From Desulfobacteraceae bacterium (lineage in GTDB: Bacteria; Desulfobacterota; Desulfobacteria; Desulfobacterales; JAABSP01): a DNA stretch of 64,000 nucleotides. The notes beneath the pieces were generated by a model that saw only the letters and a list, made by a program, of their open reading frames with translations, was not told the origin of the DNA and did no database searches. The translations under genes and the position numbers were made by a program. Shown here one piece after another: positions 26,539 through 34,826 of the stretch. Position 1 is the stretch's first letter. The number at the start of each line of letters is the position of its first letter. The stretch is from assembly GCA_011389855.1 (NCBI GenBank), contig JAABTM010000002.1, positions 4,960 to 68,959 on the forward strand. The letters run 5' to 3'.

Positions 26539-29500
26539 ATGCAACCTGAAACCGCCGGACGATTCAACGTGGCCACGATCTTCAAGATCCGGCCCGGCGA
26601 GGAACTGCCCACGGGGCTTTTGCTGCTCCACTCCTTTTTCGTCGGTGTGTCGCTGGTCTTTTTCGAAACCACCGCCTACGCCATCTTCCTGGAGGCCTAC
26701 GGCGTCGACAAGCTGCCTTACGTCTACATCGTCTCCTCGATCTTCATCACCTTTTTCGGATTCCTCTATTCCCGGTTCGAAAAGCGGATTCCCTTTACCC
26801 GGCTTTTGACCTACACTCTGGCCTTTCTGTTTTTCTCCGTCCTGCTCCTCTGGGGGCTGCTCACCTTTACGGCCTCGCCGTGGCTCTCCATGGGACTGGT
26901 GATCTGGCACAGCCTCATGGCCGCCCTCATCGGCCTGGAGTTCTGGGGCCTGGCCGGCCACCTGTTCAACGTCCGGCAGGGGAAGCGGCTTTTCGGGCTC
27001 ATCGGGGTCGGCGAGATCCTGGCGGGGATCGTCAGCGGGTTTTCCGTGCCCACGCTGGTAGCCCTCATGGGCCAGACCCAGCATCTGCTCCTGATATCCG
27101 CAGGCGGCATCGGCGCCTGTCTGCTGACCCTGGGCTATGTGTTGCGTTTGTTCGGCGATCAACTGGCCCCGCCCGACGAGGGGGAAAGGGAGAGCAAGGC
27201 CGACGCGTCCCTTTCCCGGAGCCGGTACCTGACCCTGGTGCTGGGGTTTTCGGCCTTTTCCGTCCTGGCCTACTACTTTCTCGATTACGTATTTTACGAG
27301 CAGGTGGACGCCTATTATAAGACCGAAGCCGAGATCGCCAGTTTCCTGGGCTTCTTCCTGGGGGCGCTGGGGGTTATCAATTTTGTCGCCAACGCCTTTC
27401 TGCCGGGGCGGGTGATCACCCGGTACGGCCTGAGCCTGGGGTTGCTGACGGTGCCCTGCATCGTGTTCATCGGCACGACCGGCGCGGCCTCCGCCTACAG
27501 CGCGGCCGTCGTGTTCTTCTGGGTCGTCGGCGTCACCAAACTGCTGGACGAGGTGTTGCGAAACGCCATCGGCGAGCCCTCTTTGCGAATCCTTTACCAG
27601 CCTTTCCCTTTGGGGCAGCGGCTCCGGGCCCAGACCCTGCTGGAGACCATCGCCGAGCCGGCGGCCGGGGCCTTGACCGGCCTGCTCCTGCTGGGGGCCA
27701 CGGAGGTGCTGGGGTTTTCATCCATCCACATCGTCGTGGCGGCGCTTCTGACCTGCGGCGGCTGGATCGTCGTCGCCATCTTCCTTCGCCGGGAGTACAC
27801 CGTCGTCCTGATGAAGGCCCTCACCCGGCGGAAGCTGGGGGGGAGTTCCCTATCCCTGGACGACGAGGAGAGCGAAGCGGTCCTTCGCAAGGGGCTTTCG
27901 AGTTCCGAGCCGGGGGTGGTCATCTACTGTCTCGACATGCTGGAAGAGATCGAGCACGAGCGGCTGGAAACCTACCTCCTCCGGCTCCTGGAGCACGCCG
28001 AACCCCAGGTGCGCCGAAACGCCCTGGAGCGGGTCGGCCGCCTGGGGCTCTCCGGGGCGCTGCCGGCCCTCCAGGATCGGTTGCGGACCGAAAAGGATTC
28101 GACGGTCCGGGGCGCGGTGCTGCGGACCCTGTGCGCCGTGACGGAGACAGATGCCTTCGACCAGGCTTTCCCCTATCTGGAAAGTTCGGACTCCGAGGAG
28201 CGCCGGGGGGCCATGGTGGGGCTGCTCAGTTACGGCGGCATCGACGGCGTGCTCAACGCCGGGGCCAACCTCAACGCCCTGCTGGACGCCGAGGATCCGT
28301 CGGACCGGCGGCTGGCGGCCCACGTGCTGGGGGAGGTGGGGATCGCTTCTTTTTACAGGCCCCTGCTCCGGCTGTTGAACGACCAGGACATGTCGGTGCG
28401 GCAGGCCGCCATCCAGGCTTCGGGCCGCCTGAAAAATCCCCGGTTGCTGCCCCCGCTGCTCAACAGCTTTTCCGTGCCCAGCCTCAAAAAACCGGCCATC
28501 TCCGCCATCGTGGCCTTCGGCGAATCCATCGTGCCGGAACTCGAGGACGCCTTCGACGCCGAAGGCCAGACCCGGGAACTCCGGAGCCGGATCATCCGCA
28601 TCCTCGGACGCATCGGCGGCGAGGGCGCCATATTGGTGCTCAAAAAGAAGATCGACTTTTCGGAAGAGGACATCCGAAATCGGATCATGTCGGCCCTGGT
28701 CCGCTGCCGGTACCGGGCTTTGGGGGGCGAGGCCCTGGCCATGAAAAACCGGATCCAAAACGAGGTGAAGGACGCCGCCTGGACCCTGTCGGCCATCGTC
28801 GATTTCGGCGACTACGCCCCGGCCGCGGAGCTGGTCAAGGCCCTCCACAGCGAGGTGGAGAGCAACCGGCGGTCCATCCTCCTCATGCTGGCCATGATCT
28901 ATCCCCGGGACTCCATCCTCTCGGCCCAGGCCGACATCGCCGGCGGCAACCGGGACAAACGAGCCCGGGCCATCGAGATGCTCGACAGCCTCGTCACCCA
29001 GGACATCAAGGAGCTGGTCATCCCCCTGCTGGAGGACATCTCCACGGCCCAGCGCCATTCCCGGCTGGCGGCCCATTTCGAGCAGCGGCGGATGAGCCCC
29101 CACGAGCGGCTCAAGGAGATCCTGTCGCGGTCCCAGCAGTGGACGTCCGTATGGACCAAGTCCTGCGCCCTTTTCGCCGTGGGCAAGGTGGGGACCATGG
29201 AGTTCTACGACGCGGTGATCTCCAGCCTGGCCGAATCCGAGCCGGTGGTGCGCGAAACCGCCGTCTGGGCCCTGGGCTGCCTCAACCCCAACGACCTGGT
29301 GGAACGGCTCCAGCCCCTGACCGGGGATCCGGTGGACCGGCTGGCCGAGTTCAGCCGGTTCGTGATCAATTCCGTGGGGTTCGCCAGCATCCCCTCGGGC
29401 AAGGGGTATCTGACCCGGTCGGGCCGCTATACGGTGGACATCTTCCGGTCCATCCTCTCGGACGAAGGCGAGCGCCGGGTCCGTCGCTGCCGGGCCGCCA

Positions 29501-30357
29501 ACATCCTGTCCCGCTTCAAGAGCAACGCGGCGCGGGCCGCCCTGCTGGAAGGGTTGACGATCTCCGACAAGACCATCCGGTCCGCCGTCCTGGACGCCCT
29601 GGTCAAGGGCCGGTTCCACATCGAGGATCGCGCCCGGGAAGAGTTGGCCAAGCTGCTCAACATGGAGATCCGGGACGCCAAGCGGGTTCTGTCCAGCATC
29701 GTCGCTTTTATGGCCGAGCCGGACGGCGCCCAGCTGATCCGGGCCCTGGACAGGGAACTCAACCTGAACCGACGGCGCATCCTGTCGCTGCTGGCCATCC
29801 TGGCCGACGACCCCCGGTGGCTGAACACCTTGTTTTACTGGTATCTGCGTCAAAAGGAGGGGCCCATCCCCGACCCGGTCCGGGAGGGGCTCCAGCGGCT
29901 CCTGGCCGTGGTCGCGGACAAAACCGTCCGGGACAAGCTCTACACCCTGTTCCAGTACCGGGATTTTACGACCATCGGCGCCAGCCGGGAGCTGAGGGCC
30001 TTCCACACGCCGGAGAAGGTGGCCGGGGAGCTGAAGGGCATCGCCTTCGGATCGGCGGTCTTCACCTTTTCCTGGTCCCGGATCTGCGCCCTGGACATGA
30101 TAGTCCGGAAAGGGCTCACCGAGTGCGCACCCCAGATCGAGAAGCGGTTGGAGGACGCTCGCGCTATGGACGACATCGTCCGGGCCACCGCCGCCTGGGC
30201 CCTCTTCAAACTGGCCCCGAAAACCTACGAGGCCCACGCGGCGCGTCTGAAGAACGACGCCAGCCCCCTGGTGTCCAAAACGGCCCGGCAACTGGGCCGC
30301 GACGTCAACCCCGCCATCTCCCCTGGAAGGAAAAGAGCCGATGCTGCTTACAATTGA
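26539..30357 (+). CDS. fusion protein: TLC/MFS-like polytopic transporter domain + long HEAT-repeat domain
   Basis: The first ~420 aa are hydrophobic, with about 12 predicted TM segments and a FWGLAGHLFNVRQGKRLFGLIGVGEILAGIVSG loop resembling ATP:ADP-antiporter-like (TLC) and related MFS proteins. The remaining ~850 aa carry many PBS-lyase/HEAT-type repeats (PQVRRNALERVGRLG, STVRGAVLRTLCAV, DRRLAAHVLGEVG, MSVRQAAIQASGRL, PVVRETAVWALGCL, IVRATAAWALFKL). Confidence 0.8.
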   Translation: MQPETAGRFNVATIFKIRPGEELPTGLLLLHSFFVGVSLVFFETTAYAIFLEAYGVDKLPYVYIVSSIFITFFGFLYSRFEKRIPFTRLLTYTLAFLFFSVLLLWGLLTFTASPWLSMGLVIWHSLMAALIGLEFWGLAGHLFNVRQGKRLFGLIGVGEILAGIVSGFSVPTLVALMGQTQHLLLISAGGIGACLLTLGYVLRLFGDQLAPPDEGERESKADASLSRSRYLTLVLGFSAFSVLAYYFLDYVFYEQVDAYYKTEAEIASFLGFFLGALGVINFVANAFLPGRVITRYGLSLGLLTVPCIVFIGTTGAASAYSAAVVFFWVVGVTKLLDEVLRNAIGEPSLRILYQPFPLGQRLRAQTLLETIAEPAAGALTGLLLLGATEVLGFSSIHIVVAALLTCGGWIVVAIFLRREYTVVLMKALTRRKLGGSSLSLDDEESEAVLRKGLSSSEPGVVIYCLDMLEEIEHERLETYLLRLLEHAEPQVRRNALERVGRLGLSGALPALQDRLRTEKDSTVRGAVLRTLCAVTETDAFDQAFPYLESSDSEERRGAMVGLLSYGGIDGVLNAGANLNALLDAEDPSDRRLAAHVLGEVGIASFYRPLLRLLNDQDMSVRQAAIQASGRLKNPRLLPPLLNSFSVPSLKKPAISAIVAFGESIVPELEDAFDAEGQTRELRSRIIRILGRIGGEGAILVLKKKIDFSEEDIRNRIMSALVRCRYRALGGEALAMKNRIQNEVKDAAWTLSAIVDFGDYAPAAELVKALHSEVESNRRSILLMLAMIYPRDSILSAQADIAGGNRDKRARAIEMLDSLVTQDIKELVIPLLEDISTAQRHSRLAAHFEQRRMSPHERLKEILSRSQQWTSVWTKSCALFAVGKVGTMEFYDAVISSLAESEPVVRETAVWALGCLNPNDLVERLQPLTGDPVDRLAEFSRFVINSVGFASIPSGKGYLTRSGRYTVDIFRSILSDEGERRVRRCRAANILSRFKSNAARAALLEGLTISDKTIRSAVLDALVKGRFHIEDRAREELAKLLNMEIRDAKRVLSSIVAFMAEPDGAQLIRALDRELNLNRRRILSLLAILADDPRWLNTLFYWYLRQKEGPIPDPVREGLQRLLAVVADKTVRDKLYTLFQYRDFTTIGASRELRAFHTPEKVAGELKGIAFGSAVFTFSWSRICALDMIVRKGLTECAPQIEKRLEDARAMDDIVRATAAWALFKLAPKTYEAHAARLKNDASPLVSKTARQLGRDVNPAISPGRKRADAAYN

Positions 30358-30784
30358 GAAAGTCATGATCCTGAAATCGGTGGACATCTTCTCCGAAACC
30401 CCGGAGGAGGACCTCATCGAGGTCGCCAACATCGTCGAGGAAGTGGAGGTCAAGGCCGGCCAGGACATCATCCGGAAAGGGGAGCTGGGCACCTCCATGT
30501 ACATTATCGTGGAGGGGAAAATGCGGGTCCACGACAACGGCCGCGAGATCGCGGTCCTGAACCGCCGGGAAGTCTTCGGCGAACTCGCCGCCCTGGACCC
30601 CGAACCCCGCATGGCCACCATCACCGCCATCGAAGACACCGAACTGTTCCGGCTGGACGAAGGACCGCTCTACGATCTTATGGCCGAACAGATCGAAGTC
30701 GTGCGCGGCATCATCCGCGTGTTGTGCCAGCGGATGCGGAAGATGGGGAAGGCGGCGCCGGTGGCGGAGAATCCGCCGGAGTAA
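30341..30784 (+). CDS. stand-alone cyclic-nucleotide-binding (CAP/Crp effector-type) domain protein
   Basis: LKSVDIFSETPEEDLIEVA..., GELGTSMYIIVEG and the phosphate-binding-cassette-like FGELAALDPEPRMATITA. The ATG is preceded by GGAAGGAAAAGAG, and the gene overlaps the upstream stop by 17 nt. Confidence 0.85.
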   Translation: MLLTIEKVMILKSVDIFSETPEEDLIEVANIVEEVEVKAGQDIIRKGELGTSMYIIVEGKMRVHDNGREIAVLNRREVFGELAALDPEPRMATITAIEDTELFRLDEGPLYDLMAEQIEVVRGIIRVLCQRMRKMGKAAPVAENPPE

Positions 30785-30885
30785 AAAATTGAAGCTGTCA
30801 GTTCGGGTTAATATCGCCAAAACAGCCTGAAAGGTTTAAAATTCCGAATTAAACCTGGAAAGGCGCCGCGCCGTCCGCCCGACAT

Positions 30886-31302
30886 TCAATGGGTGTCGGG
30901 TACGGGTTGATCGATCTGGATTATCTGGTTCAGGCGTTTGCATACCTCGGCAAAAAATGGATCCGACAATTTTTTTTGAGGATGAACCTTTGCCCGGCGC
31001 ACCCGCCAGTCGAACGATTTGGGCTGGTGACAGAGGACATAACTGGTTTTGCCGGCGCGACCCTTTGTTTTGGCCTTCCCGGTTGCAACGGCGAAGGGAT
31101 TGTCCGCATTGTATTCCGCCGTGGTCATGGGCAGGCCGATGACCAGAGATGTTTTGTCGTTGAAATTACGGGGCGAAAGGACCAGGAAGGGATGGACATC
31201 CCGCATTTCTTTTCCGGCCTGGGGGTTGCAGTCGATCCAGATGATATCCTGCCTGCCGGGCGCCCAGGGTTTCTTTTCTTTTTTTGAATCGGCTGTCACC
31301 AC
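30886..31302 (-). CDS. mazF: MazF/PemK-family type II toxin (mRNA interferase)
   Basis: PGRQDIIWIDCNPQAGKEMRDVHPFLVLS...SLVIGLPMTT...VLCHQPKSFDW is the PemK/MazF SH3-like pattern. Overlaps the antitoxin stop by 7 nt. Confidence 0.85.
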   Translation of the reverse strand: MVTADSKKEKKPWAPGRQDIIWIDCNPQAGKEMRDVHPFLVLSPRNFNDKTSLVIGLPMTTAEYNADNPFAVATGKAKTKGRAGKTSYVLCHQPKSFDWRVRRAKVHPQKKLSDPFFAEVCKRLNQIIQIDQPVPDTH

Positions 31303-31547
31303 TTTTCAGCCCCGACTGCACGGGTCTGCATTATTTCGCCGCCATGCCGGGCTGGATCAAAGCGGGACAGCCGGTCATCCAGCGTTTCGTCAGCGCCCTG
31401 TTCGGGACGGATGACGATGGCGCCATCTTCCACTGACAGACGCACAGGTTGATCGATGCGCAACCGGGCCGCCCGGGCAATCGCAGCCGGCAGTCTGACC
31501 CCCAGACTGTTGCCCCATTTTTTGATATCCAGAACAGTTTCCGTCAT
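31296..31547 (-). CDS. mazE: MazE/AbrB-SpoVT-family antitoxin
   Basis: KKWGNSLGVRLPAAIARAARL...VIRP swapped-hairpin motif. I prefer the second ATG (31547), because the first ATG (31559) is immediately followed by GGAGG, which then serves as the SD for the second. Confidence 0.8.
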   Translation of the reverse strand: MTETVLDIKKWGNSLGVRLPAAIARAARLRIDQPVRLSVEDGAIVIRPEQGADETLDDRLSRFDPARHGGEIMQTRAVGAEKW

Positions 31548-31890
31548 CAGAACCTCCATGGATATTGCTGATGTTTAAACATTAGTATAAACGTTGCCAG
31601 GTTTTTTGTCAATATTGGGGATTGGGTTTTGGGCGGTGGGTTTTAGATTCCGTCGCCGTCCCGCGGCATCTTCGCTTTGCACCTCGAAGAAAATATCCCG
31701 ACAAACGCATTGATTGCCCCCAATGAAATCTCTTGTTTGTATATTGATTTAAAATATTGTATTTTAATTTTTTTCAACATTGCTTGCTCCTGGAAGGATT
31801 AAGACGCCTTGCCGCGAATCGAACAAGACATTCTAATGGAATGATCCTTTCTCACCGCCATGTCATAACCGATACCGGAGCCTCTACACC

Positions 31891-33117
31891 ATGAAAATTT
31901 TGCTGCTGACCAACGAATATCCGCCCCACATTTACGGCGGGGCCGGCGTTCATGTGGAACATCTGAGCCGGGAAATGGCCGCCCTTTCCGACGGCGACGC
32001 CACCATCGACGTCTTATCATTCGGCGACCAGAACGAGACGGATAGTGCGGTGCGAGCGACCGGCATCCCCGGCTCGTCCGAGCTGACCGCCCTGGACCTG
32101 CCCCGATCCAAGCTGGCCGACACGCTTTACCGCAACGTGGTGATGGCCGGATCGGCCGGCGCCGCCGACGTGATCCACTGCCACACCTGGTACAGCCATC
32201 TGGCGGGGTGTCTGCTCCGGGAGATCCTCGGCGCGCCGATGGTCCTCACCACCCATTCCCTGGAGCCCCACCGCCCCTGGAAAAAAGAGCAGCTCGGCGA
32301 CAGCTACGGGGCCACCTGCTGGCTGGAGAAGACGGCCATGGCCAACGCAGACGGGATCATCGCCGTGTCCGAGGCCATGAAAGCGGACGTCCAGACCCTC
32401 TACGGCGCTTCGCCCGACCGGATCCGCGTCATCTACAACGGCATCGACGCGGACCGGTTCCGGAAGATCGAGAAACCGGACGTCCTCCGTTCCTACGGCA
32501 TCGACCCGAACACGCCATTCATCCTGTTCGTGGGACGGATCACCCGCCAGAAGGGGATTCTCCACCTGGTGAACGCCCTGCCCCATCTGGACCCGGGCAT
32601 CCAGGTCGTCCTCTGCGCCGGGGCCCCTGACACCACCGCCATCGGCGAAGAGATGGAAGCCGCCGTGGCCCGGTCCCGGGAAAAGAGCCCCAACCCGGTA
32701 ATCTGGATCGACGAGATGGTCCCCATTCCCAAACTCATCGCCCTCTACAGCCACGCCGACGTCTTCGTTTGCCCGTCCGTCTACGAGCCCTTCGGCATCA
32801 TCAACCTGGAGGCCATGGCCTGCCGCACCCCGGTGGCGGCCGCCGCCGTGGGGGGCATCCGGGAGGTGGTGGTCCACGAAGAGACCGGCCTGCTGGTCCC
32901 CTTCGAGGCAAACGGCGGCGGAGACGCCGATCCCCGGGATCCCGACGGCTACGCCCGGGATCTGGCCGCCGCCGTCAACCGGCTAATGGCTGATCCGGAC
33001 AGGCGGCGGGCCATGGGAAGGGCGTCCCGGGCTCGGGTCGAAGAACGGTTCAGTTGGAAATCCATTGCGCGCCAGACCTTGGATTATTATGCCGAATCCA
33101 TTAAGACGCATCGCTAA
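31891..33117 (+). CDS. GT4-family glycosyltransferase, actinobacterial-type glycogen synthase-like
   Basis: MKILLLTNEYPPHIYGGAGVHVEHLSREMA N-terminus and a C-terminal EPFGIINLEAMACRTPVAAAAVGGIREVV (E-x7-E region) typical of GT4 retaining transferases. Confidence 0.75.
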   Translation: MKILLLTNEYPPHIYGGAGVHVEHLSREMAALSDGDATIDVLSFGDQNETDSAVRATGIPGSSELTALDLPRSKLADTLYRNVVMAGSAGAADVIHCHTWYSHLAGCLLREILGAPMVLTTHSLEPHRPWKKEQLGDSYGATCWLEKTAMANADGIIAVSEAMKADVQTLYGASPDRIRVIYNGIDADRFRKIEKPDVLRSYGIDPNTPFILFVGRITRQKGILHLVNALPHLDPGIQVVLCAGAPDTTAIGEEMEAAVARSREKSPNPVIWIDEMVPIPKLIALYSHADVFVCPSVYEPFGIINLEAMACRTPVAAAAVGGIREVVVHEETGLLVPFEANGGGDADPRDPDGYARDLAAAVNRLMADPDRRRAMGRASRARVEERFSWKSIARQTLDYYAESIKTHR

Positions 33118-33170
33118 AAATGGTCCAAACGCTCAAAAAAATAACTTGACAAGGCTTAGAGGAGAGATCC

Positions 33171-34730
33171 ATGAATCGCCAAGAATCGATCCAAAAACTG
33201 GAATCCTACGGCGGCTACTGGGACTTCATCGTCATCGGCGGCGGAGCCACCGGCCTGGGCGTCTCCGTGGACGCCGCGAGCCGAGGCTACAAAACCCTGT
33301 TGCTGGAGCAGAACGATTTTTCCAAGGGCACGTCCAGCCGATCCACCAAGCTGGTCCACGGCGGGGTCCGGTACCTGCGTCAGGGCAACATCTCCCTGGT
33401 GCTGGAGGCCCTCCACGAGCGGGGCCTGCTGATCCGAAACGCCCCCCACCTGGTGAGCAACCAGGCCTTCATCGTTCCCAATTATGAATGGTGGGACGGT
33501 CCCTTTTACGGCGCGGGCATGAAGGTCTACGACCTGCTGGCCGGCAAGCTGGGACTGGGGCCGTCCAAGAACCTCTCCAAGGAAGAGACCCTGGAGCGGA
33601 TTCCCACCCTGGAGCCTAGGAAGCTTCGGGGCGGCGTCATTTATTACGACGGGCAGTTCGACGACGCCCGCCTGGCCGTCAACCTGGCCCAGACCATGAC
33701 CGAACACGGCGGCGCGGCCATCAACTACATGAAGGCCGTCGGCTTCACCCGGTCGGGGGAGATGATCGACGGGGTTCTGGCCAGGGACATGGAAACCGGC
33801 AAGGAACACGAACTCCATGCCCGGGTGGTGGTCAACGCCACCGGCGTCTTCACCGACCAGGTGCTTCGCATGGAAAACCCCGAGGCCAAACCCATCATCG
33901 CCCCCAGCCAGGGCGTTCACCTTATCCTGGACAAGGAATTTCTCCCCGGCGAATCGGCCATCATGGTCCCCCAGACCGCCGACGGCCGGGTTCTCTTCGC
34001 CGTGCCCTGGCACGACAAAGTGGTGGTGGGCACCACCGACACGCCGGTTACCGACGTGAGCCTGGAGCCCCGCCCCCTGGAAGAGGAGATCAAGTTTATC
34101 CTCGACCACGCCGCCATCTACATGTCCAAGGACCCCACAAGGGAGGACGTCAGGAGCGTCTTCGCCGGTCTGCGGCCCCTGGTCAAGACGGGCGAGGGGG
34201 ACAGCACCGCCTCCATCTCCCGGGACCATTACCTGGTGATCTCCGAATCGGGCCTGGTGACCATCACCGGCGGCAAGTGGACCACCTACCGGAAAATGGC
34301 CGAGGACACCGTCAACCAGGCCATGCTGGTGGCGGGCCTGGACGAACGGGAGTGCGTGACCAAAAAGCTCCGCATCCACGGGTGGCTCAAGCACTTCGAC
34401 AAGGCCGATCCGCTCCACTACTATGGTTCCGACGCCATCCACATCAAGAAGCTGATCAAGGCCGACCCCGCCCTGGGCGAGAAGCTCCATGACGACCTGC
34501 CCTACATCAAGGCCGAGGTGGTCTGGTCCGTCCGCTCCGAAATGGCCCGGACCGTGGAGGATTTCCTCGCCCGCCGCAGCCGGGCCCTGCTCCTGGACGC
34601 CCGGGCCAGCATCGAAATGGCCGACGAAACCGCCCGGCTCATGGCCGAGGAACTGGACCGGGACGACGCCTGGGCGTCGGAACAGGCGTCGGCTTACAAG
34701 GCGCTGGCCAAGGAATATCTGCTGGCCTGA
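33171..34730 (+). CDS. glpD: FAD-dependent glycerol-3-phosphate dehydrogenase/oxidase
   Basis: DFIVIGGGATGLGVSVDAASRGYKTLLLEQNDFSKGTSSRSTKLVHGGVRYL dinucleotide fold and GlpD signature. Adjacent to glpK. Confidence 0.9.
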   Translation: MNRQESIQKLESYGGYWDFIVIGGGATGLGVSVDAASRGYKTLLLEQNDFSKGTSSRSTKLVHGGVRYLRQGNISLVLEALHERGLLIRNAPHLVSNQAFIVPNYEWWDGPFYGAGMKVYDLLAGKLGLGPSKNLSKEETLERIPTLEPRKLRGGVIYYDGQFDDARLAVNLAQTMTEHGGAAINYMKAVGFTRSGEMIDGVLARDMETGKEHELHARVVVNATGVFTDQVLRMENPEAKPIIAPSQGVHLILDKEFLPGESAIMVPQTADGRVLFAVPWHDKVVVGTTDTPVTDVSLEPRPLEEEIKFILDHAAIYMSKDPTREDVRSVFAGLRPLVKTGEGDSTASISRDHYLVISESGLVTITGGKWTTYRKMAEDTVNQAMLVAGLDERECVTKKLRIHGWLKHFDKADPLHYYGSDAIHIKKLIKADPALGEKLHDDLPYIKAEVVWSVRSEMARTVEDFLARRSRALLLDARASIEMADETARLMAEELDRDDAWASEQASAYKALAKEYLLA

Positions 34731-34757
34731 TGTATTTTTCATCATTCGGTATCAAGA

Positions 34758-34790
34758 AGACCTCCGAGGTTTTCAAAACCTCGGAGGTCT
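34758..34790. repeat. 33-nt palindromic hairpin, family 2, copy 1 (glpD-glpK spacer)
   Basis: agacctccgaggtttt c aaaacctcggaggtct is a perfect inverted repeat. Confidence 0.9.
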
Positions 34791-34826
34791 GGACCCCACA
34801 ACTCCATTTAACAGGAGGCGAAAACC

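Noticed and set aside
30341-30357. Frameshifted pseudogene interpretation of the HEAT/cNMP junction.
   Set aside because: The downstream ORF has its own ATG with a well-placed purine-rich SD, and the upstream ORF ends in a normal stop. I cannot fully exclude an assembly indel, so it is also listed as a finding with a test.
23348-30784. Pycsar/CBASS-like antiviral signalling (a cyclase plus a cNMP-binding effector).
   Set aside because: The cyclase is a large HAMP-linked membrane sensor of the housekeeping class III type. The cNMP protein has no TIR, TM, nuclease or other killing domain. Nothing else in the block resembles a defence effector.
31800-31890. tRNA-like fragment (gcgaatcgaac, resembling a T-arm on the minus strand).
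   Set aside because: No complementary T-stem, acceptor stem or anticodon arm can be built around it.
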